Below, piece by piece: positions 7,806-16,530 of a stretch of 57,922 nt of DNA. The stretch's first letter is position 1. Each line of letters opens with the position of its first letter. The position numbers and the translations under genes are program-made. This DNA is from a virus (Duplodnaviria > Caudoviricetes): positions 1-57,922 of the IMG/VR virus record IMGVR_UViG_3300042834_000003; one strand, given 5' to 3'. The notes beneath the pieces were generated by a model, which saw only the letters and a program-made list of their open reading frames with translations, ran no database searches and had not been told where the DNA came from.

Positions 7806-8718
7806 ACCGAATAAGCAACGTCTCGGTCTGTGGGCCGACGCCTTGGAGTCGAAGCAATACGCCCAAGGTGCTGCTCAATTGCAGATCGAGGACTGCACCC
7901 CCATCGACGATCCCGCCGAACTCAAAGACCCCACCAAGCGGTACTGCTGTCTTGGCGTTGCCATCCTTGTGGCGCTGGATAACGGGTTCGTCTTCACGGA
8001 TGATGCCTTGGCCCTCATGGGGATCATTGACGTAGCAGCTGAAGACCTTCCAGAGACTGGCGATGAGATCCTCAGCCATCTCCGGGGGCAAGGTGCCGGT
8101 GAGGATCTCTGGAGGCCGGTGGCGCAATGGTATGGGTTTGGTTTTGTACCCAGCACCAACGGTAACGGAGAAGACAGCGGGGTGAATCCTGTGATTGGTG
8201 TCAGCGAAGAAGGTGCCCCCGTCAAGGCCATAGAAGCCAACGATGACCGTAACTGGACGTTCCCGATGATCGCCAAGGGAATCCGCAAGCAGTACCTGGA
8301 GCTGTCAGTCTTCGACAAGGAGAACCGGATGAGGGTCATCGTCACCGGGTCATCCAACTGGGAAGGCGTCTACGCAGAGGGCCGCGTCTACCGGGCCCTG
8401 GACCTCCTGGAGGCCCTCATGGAGCTGTCTGAGGGGGCACTGACCATCGTGCACCGTGGTCGGCCCAGAGGCGTTGACGCCATCGCGGACACGTGGGCGC
8501 GGCGGCGGGGGATCGAGCCGGTGATCTACGAGACCGACTGGGAAAGGTACGGGATCACGGCCAACACGGTCAGCAACGGCGAGATGTTGAACTCGGGGGC
8601 TGATCTGATCCTGGCGTTCGTCCGCGAGGAGGCAGCCGAGCCGGCCACCAGCGACCTGATCCTGGCAGCCCGCAACGAGGGGATCACCACCGTCGTCACG
8701 AAGTGGGTGGATGTGTGA
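7798..8718 (+). CDS. CCLGV-motif protein copy 4, in frame with a C-terminal SLOG/DUF2493-like domain (internal start 8329)
   Basis: N-terminal CCLGVA family motifs; from MRVIVTGSSNW..IVHRG..RGVDAIA..W..NGEML...ADLILAF a DUF2493/YspA SLOG-like domain; AAGGAG before ATG 8329. Confidence 0.75.
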   Translation: MSEPNKQRLGLWADALESKQYAQGAAQLQIEDCTPIDDPAELKDPTKRYCCLGVAILVALDNGFVFTDDALALMGIIDVAAEDLPETGDEILSHLRGQGAGEDLWRPVAQWYGFGFVPSTNGNGEDSGVNPVIGVSEEGAPVKAIEANDDRNWTFPMIAKGIRKQYLELSVFDKENRMRVIVTGSSNWEGVYAEGRVYRALDLLEALMELSEGALTIVHRGRPRGVDAIADTWARRRGIEPVIYETDWERYGITANTVSNGEMLNSGADLILAFVREEAAEPATSDLILAARNEGITTVVTKWVDV

Positions 8719-8868
8719 ACTCTGACTACAACCGGAACCGTCCTGTTAGGAACGGAAGCGATTGGCCAATGGCCACGTTCCTGAGCGTCCTGGCCATCTG
8801 TATGACGGTGTGCTGTGGGGGCGGTCTCTGGATCGCATTGGTGTACCAACGATGAGTTGGAGGTAAGT

Positions 8869-9435
8869 ATGTGCACGGTCGAGGTCCATATAGTGCGGTC
8901 ACCGGAAGAGGACGAGATCATTGGCCCGTCGCCTGATGGTCACCTGAGAGGTGCATGGCACGGGGATCCTGACCTGAAGGCCCTCGTCGGGGCCAAGCTG
9001 AAAGAGCATCAGGCTCAGGACCAGTTCGCCTTCGGCGAGTACCAGAGGTGGGGAACCCATGGCGACAATTTCGTCTTCAAGGGCTGCGCCATTGGCTGCA
9101 CTCTGCCGAAGCTGAAGGCTCAAGAATGGGGTCAATTCCTTGATGAACAAGGAGACTTCTGCTGGCATGTCGCAGTCCAGGAATACTACGGGATCCCAAT
9201 CTGGGTCGGCGCCAAGATTGACTACATGTTCGAGCGAGCATCCAATCTCGAAGACGCCAGTAACTTCGCCATAGACATCTTCGGAGCCATTCCAGTGGGT
9301 GCGGATCTTTCGCTCCGTCACGACTGCCTATTTACTAACTGCCCGGCCTGCAGATTCAATGATTTTGACGGAGGCGACACGTTCAGGATCATGGAGTGGG
9401 TAGCGGACGCTCCGATAATTGGGCAGGACTCTTGA
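8869..9435 (+). CDS. hypothetical protein
   Basis: GGAGG RBS; KGCAIGCTL motif. Confidence 0.7.
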   Translation: MCTVEVHIVRSPEEDEIIGPSPDGHLRGAWHGDPDLKALVGAKLKEHQAQDQFAFGEYQRWGTHGDNFVFKGCAIGCTLPKLKAQEWGQFLDEQGDFCWHVAVQEYYGIPIWVGAKIDYMFERASNLEDASNFAIDIFGAIPVGADLSLRHDCLFTNCPACRFNDFDGGDTFRIMEWVADAPIIGQDS

Positions 9436-9506
9436 TCAAGCGGGATCCCCGACTTATTCTTAAGTCACCCAGGGATACCTGGGTCAGACGTTAAGGAGTT
9501 GGAAAA

Positions 9507-9785
9507 ATGAGCTGGGAGGAGACGTTCTGGGCCGAACTAGAGGCCCTCACAGACACCGAGCAGATAGTGGTCACCGGGGAACTCATCGACACCCTCAACC
9601 ACCGGATCGTGCCCGAACTGGCCAGGATCAGACGACGTAAGGCAGCCGAGGTCGTGGCCCAGTCCGACTGGGACGCCACCCGCCTGGCGGAGACGATCGG
9701 GGCTCGGCGCACCACGATCACCCGCCTGGCCGAGGAGGGTCGAGCACTCACCCGGGAGGAAACGATCCGAGCCATCCTCCGGTAG
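9507..9785 (+). CDS. putative HTH DNA-binding protein
   Basis: WDATRLAETIGARRTTITRL; AAGGAG RBS. Confidence 0.6.
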   Translation: MSWEETFWAELEALTDTEQIVVTGELIDTLNHRIVPELARIRRRKAAEVVAQSDWDATRLAETIGARRTTITRLAEEGRALTREETIRAILR

Positions 9786-9884
9786 ACACACCCACCCCTC
9801 CCCGGGTAACCTGGGGGTAGGTACCACAAGACCTGGAGTCCCCTGGTGTGAGCCTCCTGGGGGATTGCATCCGCGAAGCGGACG

Positions 9885-9923
9885 AACTGGCTCGGCCCTT
9901 CTGCTAAAGGGGCCGAGCCAGTT
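9885..9923. terminator. intergenic hairpin, terminator-like
   Basis: AACTGGCTCGGCCC...GGGCCGAGCCAGTT stem. Confidence 0.55.
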
Positions 9924-9941
9924 TGGGATTGAAGGGAAGGT

Positions 9942-10091
9942 ATGAAGATCAAACCTGGTACCACAGCCCAGACCAGCTACACAACGCTGATCGTCCTGGC
10001 CGTCCTCGTGGCACTCTGCGGGGGCGGCTGCTTGTTCTTCACGGTCCTGGGCTACGTGACCTACCACGCGACAGACAGGAGCATGCCGTGA
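9942..10091 (+). CDS. small membrane protein
   Basis: 49-aa ORF MKIKPG... with a hydrophobic segment; overlaps the start of the next gene. Confidence 0.5.
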   Translation: MKIKPGTTAQTSYTTLIVLAVLVALCGGGCLFFTVLGYVTYHATDRSMP

Positions 10092-10414
10092 ACTTTGCCG
10101 AGAGGGCCCTGGAACACGCTCGTAAGGCCATGAAGTGGCAGGAGAAGGTGGCCCAGATGGAGGATGACACCCTGGATCGGGTCAGGGCCCGCAAGAGGAG
10201 GAGCAGGCAGTACTCCGATGCCTACTACCAGGCCCAGGACCTGAGGCTGGACTTCGAGTACAAGCAGGCGGTCGCCAACCGTAACGCCCAAGAGGCTCAG
10301 GTTCAGCTCTACGGCATGGCCGCCATCATGGCCAAGATCCTCGAACAGGATCAGCCCGACCGGGGTGAACCGTACCCCCACGGTAAGTCGATCCCGAAGC
10401 CCGAGTCGGAATGA
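10088..10414 (+). CDS. hypothetical coiled-coil protein
   Basis: AGGAG RBS, GTG start, coupled overlaps on both sides. Confidence 0.65.
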   Translation: MNFAERALEHARKAMKWQEKVAQMEDDTLDRVRARKRRSRQYSDAYYQAQDLRLDFEYKQAVANRNAQEAQVQLYGMAAIMAKILEQDQPDRGEPYPHGKSIPKPESE

Positions 10415-10617
10415 AACTCACGCCGGCACAGGTGGCCGTGTTGAGGGAGGTCGGCTACGGGGAAGTCTTCTTCCATGGCAGGCGGTGGCGTAATGGTATC
10501 GGCATCAGTGTGATGAGCCATGTAGCCCACCTTGAATCGCACGGTCTCTGTGTCCCTAAGAAGAACCAGATGGTGCTCACCGAGAAGGGGGCCAGGACGG
10601 TGGAGGAGCTGTGGTGA
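10411..10617 (+). CDS. small winged-helix-like protein
   Basis: MKLTPAQVAVL...LESHGL...LTEKG pattern. Confidence 0.55.
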   Translation: MKLTPAQVAVLREVGYGEVFFHGRRWRNGIGISVMSHVAHLESHGLCVPKKNQMVLTEKGARTVEELW

Positions 10618-10886
10618 CCTTCGAAGAGTCGGAAAGTATTCGAGCCGACGAACGGGCCAGGATCCTGTACTGGTTGCAGCGCAGAGTCCGGATCATGGAC
10701 CACGTCAGAGGAGTAGATGAGTCTCTCCAGCAAGCACTTGATATCACTGGCTGGCTTGCCGAGACCGTTGAGGAACTCAACGCTGGTACCGAACACGTCA
10801 CACATAACTATGAACTCCACGTTCCAGCCAACGACGTTGAGCCTCGTGCCGTGGTGCGCAACATCTGGCGTATCGAATGGCAGTGA
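10611..10886 (+). CDS. hypothetical protein
   Basis: ORF in a tightly packed operon. Confidence 0.6.
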   Translation: MVTFEESESIRADERARILYWLQRRVRIMDHVRGVDESLQQALDITGWLAETVEELNAGTEHVTHNYELHVPANDVEPRAVVRNIWRIEWQ

Positions 10887-11185
10887 CGCCGATCGATCCG
10901 GAGTCTTACCAGACAGTGAAAGGGCTCCTCGCCTGGTCCCAGACATCTGGTCAGGACCCGGTAGAGGTGCTCCACCGCAACGGCCTGGTCATGACTCCAG
11001 ACCTGGCCCACAGGCTCAAGGTTGAGGCTCTGGAGGGTCTACACAAGGAGATGGTGTCGTGGCGGCCGGCGGAGTTCCTGAGGAGCAAGTACCCGCCGTC
11101 ACACACCGCCTCACCTAAGGATATGTACATTTGCATAGTTGAATGGCTTGAGAAGGTCATCTCTGTGACGAAGGAGCAAACGTGA
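10877..11185 (+). CDS. hypothetical protein
   Basis: ORF in a tightly packed operon. Confidence 0.6.
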   Translation: MAVTPIDPESYQTVKGLLAWSQTSGQDPVEVLHRNGLVMTPDLAHRLKVEALEGLHKEMVSWRPAEFLRSKYPPSHTASPKDMYICIVEWLEKVISVTKEQT

Positions 11186-11469
11186 CGCATAGCAGGTGGG
11201 AAATCAGTATCGGAAATGTAATAGGTTCCACAAGGAACAGACAGCTCTTCTACACCAATGGCTACATGCTGGGTGTGGAGGACTGCCTCAAAGATCTTGA
11301 CGCTGCTTACAAGACCGGGGAGGGAGGTGAGCTACATAGTGACTACTTCGAGGCTCTGGATCTGCTTCGCCACACCATGAGTGAGACCCTGAAGTCCGCT
11401 CGACGTACTTGGGAGCATCTGAATGATCTGCGAGACCTGCAGGAAGAAGAACCACGCGACGTGCCGTAA
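11182..11469 (+). CDS. hypothetical protein
   Basis: AAGGAG RBS, GTGA overlap. Confidence 0.6.
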   Translation: MTHSRWEISIGNVIGSTRNRQLFYTNGYMLGVEDCLKDLDAAYKTGEGGELHSDYFEALDLLRHTMSETLKSARRTWEHLNDLRDLQEEEPRDVP

Positions 11470-11614
11470 TGGCACCTGGTGCGACTGTCAGCATCGAGTG
11501 AATCCGTACGAGGCTGCTGAGGAGTTGACCGTGCTGGCCCAGGAGATGAGGACCGAAACTGACTGCTGTGTCCCCGGTTGCTCAGGAAACTATCCAGATT
11601 GTCCTTCGGCCTAG
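11423..11614 (+). CDS. small Cys-rich (Zn-binding?) protein
   Basis: CETC..H..C...CDCQH. Confidence 0.5.
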   Translation: MICETCRKKNHATCRNGTWCDCQHRVNPYEAAEELTVLAQEMRTETDCCVPGCSGNYPDCPSA

Positions 11615-11616
11615 GA

Positions 11617-11853
11617 ATGAAGCTCTACTGCGACAATTACTCAACGTGCGGCGGCTGGTTTCACGACCGGGGGGACCTGAAGATCACCGAGACTTGGGCT
11701 CGGGCCAAGGGGTGGCACATCTATCACGGCCTCACCCAGGAGGGGGTACCACACGACGCGGTCCTCTGCGAAGCCTGTTCAGGCTCACGTCGTAGGGCGT
11801 TGCCTCGACCACCACCGACGCTGACGGAGCAGGAACAGCTGTTCGAACTGTGA
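11617..11853 (+). CDS. small Zn-finger-like protein
   Basis: CD...CG...ARAKGW...LCEAC. Confidence 0.6.
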   Translation: MKLYCDNYSTCGGWFHDRGDLKITETWARAKGWHIYHGLTQEGVPHDAVLCEACSGSRRRALPRPPPTLTEQEQLFEL

Positions 11854-11929
11854 GAGGGCTCTGGAGCGATCCAGGGCCCTCTTCTCGTCTCCGTTGACCA
11901 ACCGGGGGAGGGGTGGGTACGCTGGGAAC

Positions 11930-12118
11930 ATGATTGAAGTCTGGAACAACGAGTGGAACGCCGGAAACGACTGCAAGGGCTGGGTCGTAGACACGGTGGT
12001 AGCCGAGGGTATGAGCGTTGGCGAGGTCGGGGAGCTATACCTCACCGACGATGACGGCGTCACCGTGGCCGTCTACTCCATCTGGAACGCGGCGTTCAAG
12101 GTCGCTGACAGTGAGTGA
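11930..12118 (+). CDS. small hypothetical protein (possibly leaderless)
   Basis: ATG ~7 nt after a TACGCT -10-like box. Confidence 0.55.
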   Translation: MIEVWNNEWNAGNDCKGWVVDTVVAEGMSVGEVGELYLTDDDGVTVAVYSIWNAAFKVADSE

Positions 12119-12425
12119 CAACCGGGCAGCTCTCGTAGGGTTCTCGGCTCAGGAGCAAGTCGAACTGGGCGCCAGGATGGCCGGTGCCGGCCTGGACTCG
12201 GCCGAGGTGCGCAGCCTCGTCAGCATCATGGAGGCCGCCGCAAAGCAGCTGGCCCTGTCGATGGTCCCCACGTTCATGCAGCTCACCCAAGACACGCACA
12301 GATCGGCCTGTATGGCCGTGGAGAAGGCGATCTACGAGCTGCCCAGCAAGCTCAGCTACATCGACCGGTCCGAAGCCATCAGGGCGGTCCGTCGGGTCGC
12401 TCAGGCCACCCCGAAGCACGAGTAG
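12111..12425 (+). CDS. hypothetical protein
   Basis: ORF coupled to its neighbours. Confidence 0.6.
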   Translation: MSDNRAALVGFSAQEQVELGARMAGAGLDSAEVRSLVSIMEAAAKQLALSMVPTFMQLTQDTHRSACMAVEKAIYELPSKLSYIDRSEAIRAVRRVAQATPKHE

Positions 12426-12427
12426 CC

Positions 12428-12943
12428 ATGCGCGACTTCGCCACCGAGATGCGAGCCCTCATCGACGCCGAGACAAGCGCCGGGCCGTACGTGTCCCGGC
12501 ACATTGCTCGGGACATCGTAGACAAGTTGGAGACAGCTGACCCTGAGCTGCTGGCCGGCTGGTTGCACGAGCAGGCCGAGCAGCTGGTGTGGGGGGCGAT
12601 CAACTACCGGGATCGCTCCCGTCGGGCCCACGCCCGCACGACTGGGCCACGATCAGCCTTCGCAGAGGCTGCGGTTCGGCACGACGAAGGCGACCCTCGG
12701 GCCATGACCGGGTGGCTCGGGTGTCGGTACGTGGTGGCGCCGGAGGGCACCCGGAAGGTGCTGGCGGACCTGAACCGGGACGAGCTGATCTACGTCGCCA
12801 GAGGGTACGAGAAGGACTCGCGCTCCCTGGCAATGGAGGCGGCTTTCTTCCGGGCGTTGGCTCGGAAAGTGAAGGATGGCCCCGTTTCTGAGTACTTCAC
12901 CGAAGATCAACTACTCCGACTTCGCGAGTCGCTTCTCTCCTGA
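12428..12943 (+). CDS. hypothetical protein immediately upstream of the repeat array
   Basis: 171 aa; its TGA stop overlaps the first array anchor (TGACAAACC). Confidence 0.75.
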   Translation: MRDFATEMRALIDAETSAGPYVSRHIARDIVDKLETADPELLAGWLHEQAEQLVWGAINYRDRSRRAHARTTGPRSAFAEAAVRHDEGDPRAMTGWLGCRYVVAPEGTRKVLADLNRDELIYVARGYEKDSRSLAMEAAFFRALARKVKDGPVSEYFTEDQLLRLRESLLS

Positions 12944-13800
12944 CAAACCTACCCCTCCCAGCCCCACCCCGTTCCGAGCCCGACTACCCGAGCCTTGTCA
13001 TGCCTAGGCCGTCCCACCTCGATCCCGACAAACCTGCCCCTCCCCTCCCATATCCACCCCAATCTGACTTGCCACGTCTCTCCTTCCCCACCCGGCCCTA
13101 TCCGACTACCCGCTCCCCCCCTGTGCTTCCCAGCTCCGACAGCCCCTTCCCTGCCTGCCCGCTCCCGATCCGACTACCCGCTCCAACCCCCTCCGGCCCC
13201 GGCCCCGGCTCCCCCACCCCGACTGAGCGCACCACTCCTCGCCTACCCACACCTATCCGACAATCCATGCCAGACCACACCTCACCAGTCCTATCCGACT
13301 AACCTGCCCGCACCCGATCCAGTCCGATCCATTCCGACAGATCTTTCCAGTCCGATCCAGTCCACCCCATTCCGACCTCCCCCTTCCTCCCACGCCCTCC
13401 CAGACCGACCCGACTACCCAGTCCGCCCCCTTCCCCGTCAACCCAAATCGACAGCCCACACCTTCCCAAGCCAGACCAGTCCGACTTCCTTCCCCTTTCC
13501 CCGCCCCGTCAACCCGACTACCCCAGTGCGATCCAGTCCATCCCATTCCGACTACCCGCCCCACTCCTCCCCGCACCATTCCGACAACCCTCGACTACCC
13601 GCCCCACCCCGTCCCGAGCCCGACTACCCGGTTCCACCCGACCCGCTCCATTCCGACAGCCCAACCCAACCCAATCCATCTCGACTATTCGTACCGCTCC
13701 ACCCCAACCCCATTCCGACTATCCAGACCAGTTCTGCTCACCCCTTCCCATCCGACGATCCGACCCTTGCCGCCGCCGGCCAACCCCAATCCGACAACCC
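12941..13800 (+). repeat. C-rich modular repeat array: ~25 units with a (C)CGAC(T/A) anchor and 5-nt NNN-CC modules; candidate guide-RNA array
   Basis: Anchors at 12941, 12981, 13026, 13065, 13103, 13137, 13171, 13220, 13258, 13296, 13335, 13373, 13411, 13449, 13482, 13515, 13549, 13582, 13592, 13621, 13654, 13682, 13716, 13753, 13761, 13792; spacings cluster at 28-29, 33-34, 38-40, 45 and 49. Confidence 0.85.
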
Positions 13801-13813
13801 GAAAGAGAAACTA

Positions 13814-14491
13814 ATGCCCGCCTTTGATCAGTACCGTGCAGCTTCGTACCCATACCGTTTCGCTGGAACACTCAACGTTGGAACCATTGCCGGTGGAATC
13901 CCCACCGATCCGAAGGTTGCGGAGGCTTGGCTTCGCACGAAGCTCGGCGTCACTAGTGATGACCTCATCCGAAATGCTGTCGCCGAGACGATGGTGGAAC
14001 GCGGCGTTGGCGCCGACGAAGCAGTTGAGGTCGTCAACGCCCAGAAGAACCTGAACGGGTTCAAACGAGACGACGGGGGCCTTTACATCGAGGGCCGACA
14101 GCTCAAGGCTGCCTTGAAGGAGGCGACCTCCGTCGCCGTCGCAGCAGACAAGCTGAAGAAGCAAGGCTGGGGGAAGACCAACAAGGGTCTCCTCGGCTTC
14201 CTCTCCGAACATGTCTTCGTCATGGAGGATCGCCTACACCTGGGCGTCAGTGAGCCGACCGGGGTCAACCAGCGGTTCGTGCACACGTGGCGCGGTACCG
14301 GTATCCAGTATGAGGAGTACGTGGACGACGCGAACATCGACTTCACTGTCCACGCGGACTGGAACTTCTCGGAGGAGGAGTGGGCCACGATCTGGCTGTG
14401 CGGGGAGCAGCAAGGTATCGGTGCTACCCGGTCACAGGGTTACGGCCGGTACACGGTCACCAAGTGGGAACCGATCAAGAAGGGAAAGTAA
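13814..14491 (+). CDS. stand-alone Cas7/RAMP-superfamily-like protein (225 aa)
   Basis: GLYIEGRQLKAALKEA resembles the RAMP P.IPGSS.KG.LR helix motif; C-terminal Gly-rich loop GIGATRSQGYGRYTV; AG-rich leader GAAAGAGAAA before ATG. Confidence 0.75.
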   Translation: MPAFDQYRAASYPYRFAGTLNVGTIAGGIPTDPKVAEAWLRTKLGVTSDDLIRNAVAETMVERGVGADEAVEVVNAQKNLNGFKRDDGGLYIEGRQLKAALKEATSVAVAADKLKKQGWGKTNKGLLGFLSEHVFVMEDRLHLGVSEPTGVNQRFVHTWRGTGIQYEEYVDDANIDFTVHADWNFSEEEWATIWLCGEQQGIGATRSQGYGRYTVTKWEPIKKGK

Positions 14492-14607
14492 TGGACATCG
14501 GTGAGGAGATCAAGGAAGTCGAGTTCGTTCCGCTGGAGGAACCAGCCGTGGTGCCAACCCCTGAGCCTCAACCAGTGGAGCCGGTGAAGGAGCCGGCCCA
14601 TGTCTGA
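14491..14607 (+). CDS. 38-aa acidic Pro/Glu-rich peptide
   Basis: TAATG coupling to the RAMP gene; MDIGEEIKEVEFVPLEEP... Confidence 0.55.
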   Translation: MDIGEEIKEVEFVPLEEPAVVPTPEPQPVEPVKEPAHV

Positions 14608-15256
14608 GGATTATGGGCCCTTTGAGCACCAGATGGTCCCAGGGACTCTCAGAGGCTTTAGGTCGTGGAGAGTCGATCCGATGGGATTTCAACTTCAGGC
14701 TACTAATTGGCCGGTCGTTTGGCATCCTGGAGAGTTAGTAGCTGAATGTCAGACTGATCGTTTGAGGCTCTTAGCTATGGCTTCTCTCATTTCCTACGAT
14801 GTGCAAATAGACCCCCATGTCGCCCCGGTAAAGGGCTGTACCTGCGGGATCTATGCGACACATGAACCCGGCAGTCGCGACACGACAGGAATAATCCTGG
14901 GCTCTATCAAAGCGTACGGGAGAATCATTCTAGGAACAGAGGGATTCAGGGCCGAGAAAGCGCAGATAGAAGCTCTGGCCTTTCGTGACATGGATCCGTG
15001 GATCCCTCAACCGTACACAAAGACACTTGACCTGGCCTTCCAGGCCAGGGTACAGGAGGGGGCACTTGCAGATAATATTCCGCTTTATCCGACAATGGAT
15101 ACCCTTCTCAGAGACTTCCCCGTAGTACCGGTGGATCACCTTCTGCCTCCTTCTGTAGCTGAAATGCGGCGTGTCCAACGCAAACTAATGAAAAACTTCT
15201 GGACCGCATTCACATCAATGACAACTAGAAAGGTTTTCGGTTCCTATGAAGATTAA
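14600..15256 (+). CDS. hypothetical phage protein (H.AP..CTCGIYA motif)
   Basis: AAGGAG RBS; conserved-looking GFRSW, CTCGIYA and GFRAEKA motifs. Confidence 0.7.
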   Translation: MSEDYGPFEHQMVPGTLRGFRSWRVDPMGFQLQATNWPVVWHPGELVAECQTDRLRLLAMASLISYDVQIDPHVAPVKGCTCGIYATHEPGSRDTTGIILGSIKAYGRIILGTEGFRAEKAQIEALAFRDMDPWIPQPYTKTLDLAFQARVQEGALADNIPLYPTMDTLLRDFPVVPVDHLLPPSVAEMRRVQRKLMKNFWTAFTSMTTRKVFGSYED

Positions 15257-15458
15257 GTTAGCAATCGCCGCACTCATCGGCGTAGCGGCAGCGGTTGCCA
15301 TCTACGCGGTGGCCCAGATTGTCGTACCCGTCCTGGAGGATGAGGACGAGGAAGACGACGAGGACCTGGTGGAGGTGCCGGACGATGCGTCTGCCTTCCT
15401 CAACGAGAACGAGGTGAGGAAGCCAAGGTTGGGGGACTTCGACCCAGAGAACGAGTAA
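15246..15458 (+). CDS. small membrane protein with acidic tail
   Basis: N-terminal hydrophobic helix, D/E-rich C-terminus. Confidence 0.55.
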   Translation: MKIKLAIAALIGVAAAVAIYAVAQIVVPVLEDEDEEDDEDLVEVPDDASAFLNENEVRKPRLGDFDPENE

Positions 15459-15512
15459 CACATGTACATGTATCGATAGAACCTTGAGAAGGATCCTGTG
15501 AGAGGAGACGAA

Positions 15513-15875
15513 ATGGCACTACCAGAACCGAAGCCCGGTGAACTAACCGTGGAGGCCGATCGTGACTTGGCCAAGCTCCTGAAGGAGGCCGCCGCCGCTG
15601 AGAAGGCGTGGCGGGAGAGGAAGGAGCAACTCAGGAAGAAGATCCAAGAGTCCATGGGTGAAGCCACGGCGGCCCTGGTCGATGGTGAGTTGGCGTTCAC
15701 TAATCGTTACAAGAACACCTACCGGGAGAAGGATCTCCGCACCGACTACCCGGACCTGACCGACCACTACGTCCATGACGTGGTGGTGCCGACGTTCGAC
15801 ATGGCCCAGTTCGCAGCGGTGCACCCGGACATCGCGAAGCATTACCAGACCCGGGCCTTCATCGAGGTTAAGTGA
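15513..15875 (+). CDS. hypothetical phage protein
   Basis: GAGGAG RBS; coiled-coil followed by a beta-rich region. Confidence 0.7.
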   Translation: MALPEPKPGELTVEADRDLAKLLKEAAAAEKAWRERKEQLRKKIQESMGEATAALVDGELAFTNRYKNTYREKDLRTDYPDLTDHYVHDVVVPTFDMAQFAAVHPDIAKHYQTRAFIEVK

Positions 15876-16231
15876 ACGCATCCAAGCAGAAGGGGACCCG
15901 GTGGGAGTCAGCCATCGTCGACTACCTCCTTCAGTGCGGTGTTCCCGGAGCTGAACGTCGAGCCCTGTCTGGGTCCGAGGACCGAGGGGACATTGCCGGT
16001 ATAGCTCGCGTTGTCATTGAGGCGAAGAACGCCAGGACGATGTTGCTGGCGAGCTGGGTCGACGAGGTTGAAACTGAGAGGAAGAACGCGAACGCAGAGA
16101 TAGGGGTGATATGGCACCACCGCCGGGGGAAAGGATCCCCCGGCGACGGGTACGTGACCATGACGGGCGATACGTTCATGCGACTGCTCATGATCGCCGG
16201 TTACATCGATCCACCGGAGCCGAAGGAGTAA
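15872..16231 (+). CDS. Holliday junction resolvase (Hjc-like PD-(D/E)xK)
   Basis: SKQKGTRWES...DRGDIAG...VIEAKN. Confidence 0.85.
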   Translation: MNASKQKGTRWESAIVDYLLQCGVPGAERRALSGSEDRGDIAGIARVVIEAKNARTMLLASWVDEVETERKNANAEIGVIWHHRRGKGSPGDGYVTMTGDTFMRLLMIAGYIDPPEPKE

Positions 16232-16233
16232 CC

Positions 16234-16530
16234 ATGAACATCGGGATCGGGTACCAAGACGACGACACTCTCGTGTTGGCACAGGCAGCCCAGCGGGTGA
16301 TGAAGATGGCCCATGATCCTCTAGCCGAGGCTGGCATCGTGGAGCGTCCCTGGGAAGAGCCGGTGACGCCAGTGGACCACCTCCTCTTGCTCCGGGACAC
16401 CCTGGACCTGGTGAAGGACCTGTGGCCGTCGCCGGCCGCCGCCACGGTGACCCTGGAGACGCACCAGTGGGTGAAGCTCCGACGGGTCCTCCTCGCCATC
16501 CCTGACCTCCTGGCCGAGGCGGAGAAGTGA
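16234..16530 (+). CDS. hypothetical protein
   Basis: AAGGAG RBS. Confidence 0.6.
   Translation: MNIGIGYQDDDTLVLAQAAQRVMKMAHDPLAEAGIVERPWEEPVTPVDHLLLLRDTLDLVKDLWPSPAAATVTLETHQWVKLRRVLLAIPDLLAEAEK

Noticed and set aside
12949-12970. Complementarity between the first array unit and the G-rich promoter motifs
   Set aside because: The short matches are explained by low-complexity C/G composition; this cannot be supported without statistics
12941-13800. Canonical CRISPR array
   Set aside because: No 23-47-nt conserved repeat alternating with unique spacers; only a 4-6-nt anchor and an internal CC lattice
12995-13813. Pro-rich 273-aa N-terminal extension of the 498-aa ORF in the ORF track
   Set aside because: Extreme C-richness removes stop codons; periodicity is 5 nt rather than 3; there is no RBS at 12995, and a proper AG-rich leader precedes ATG 13814
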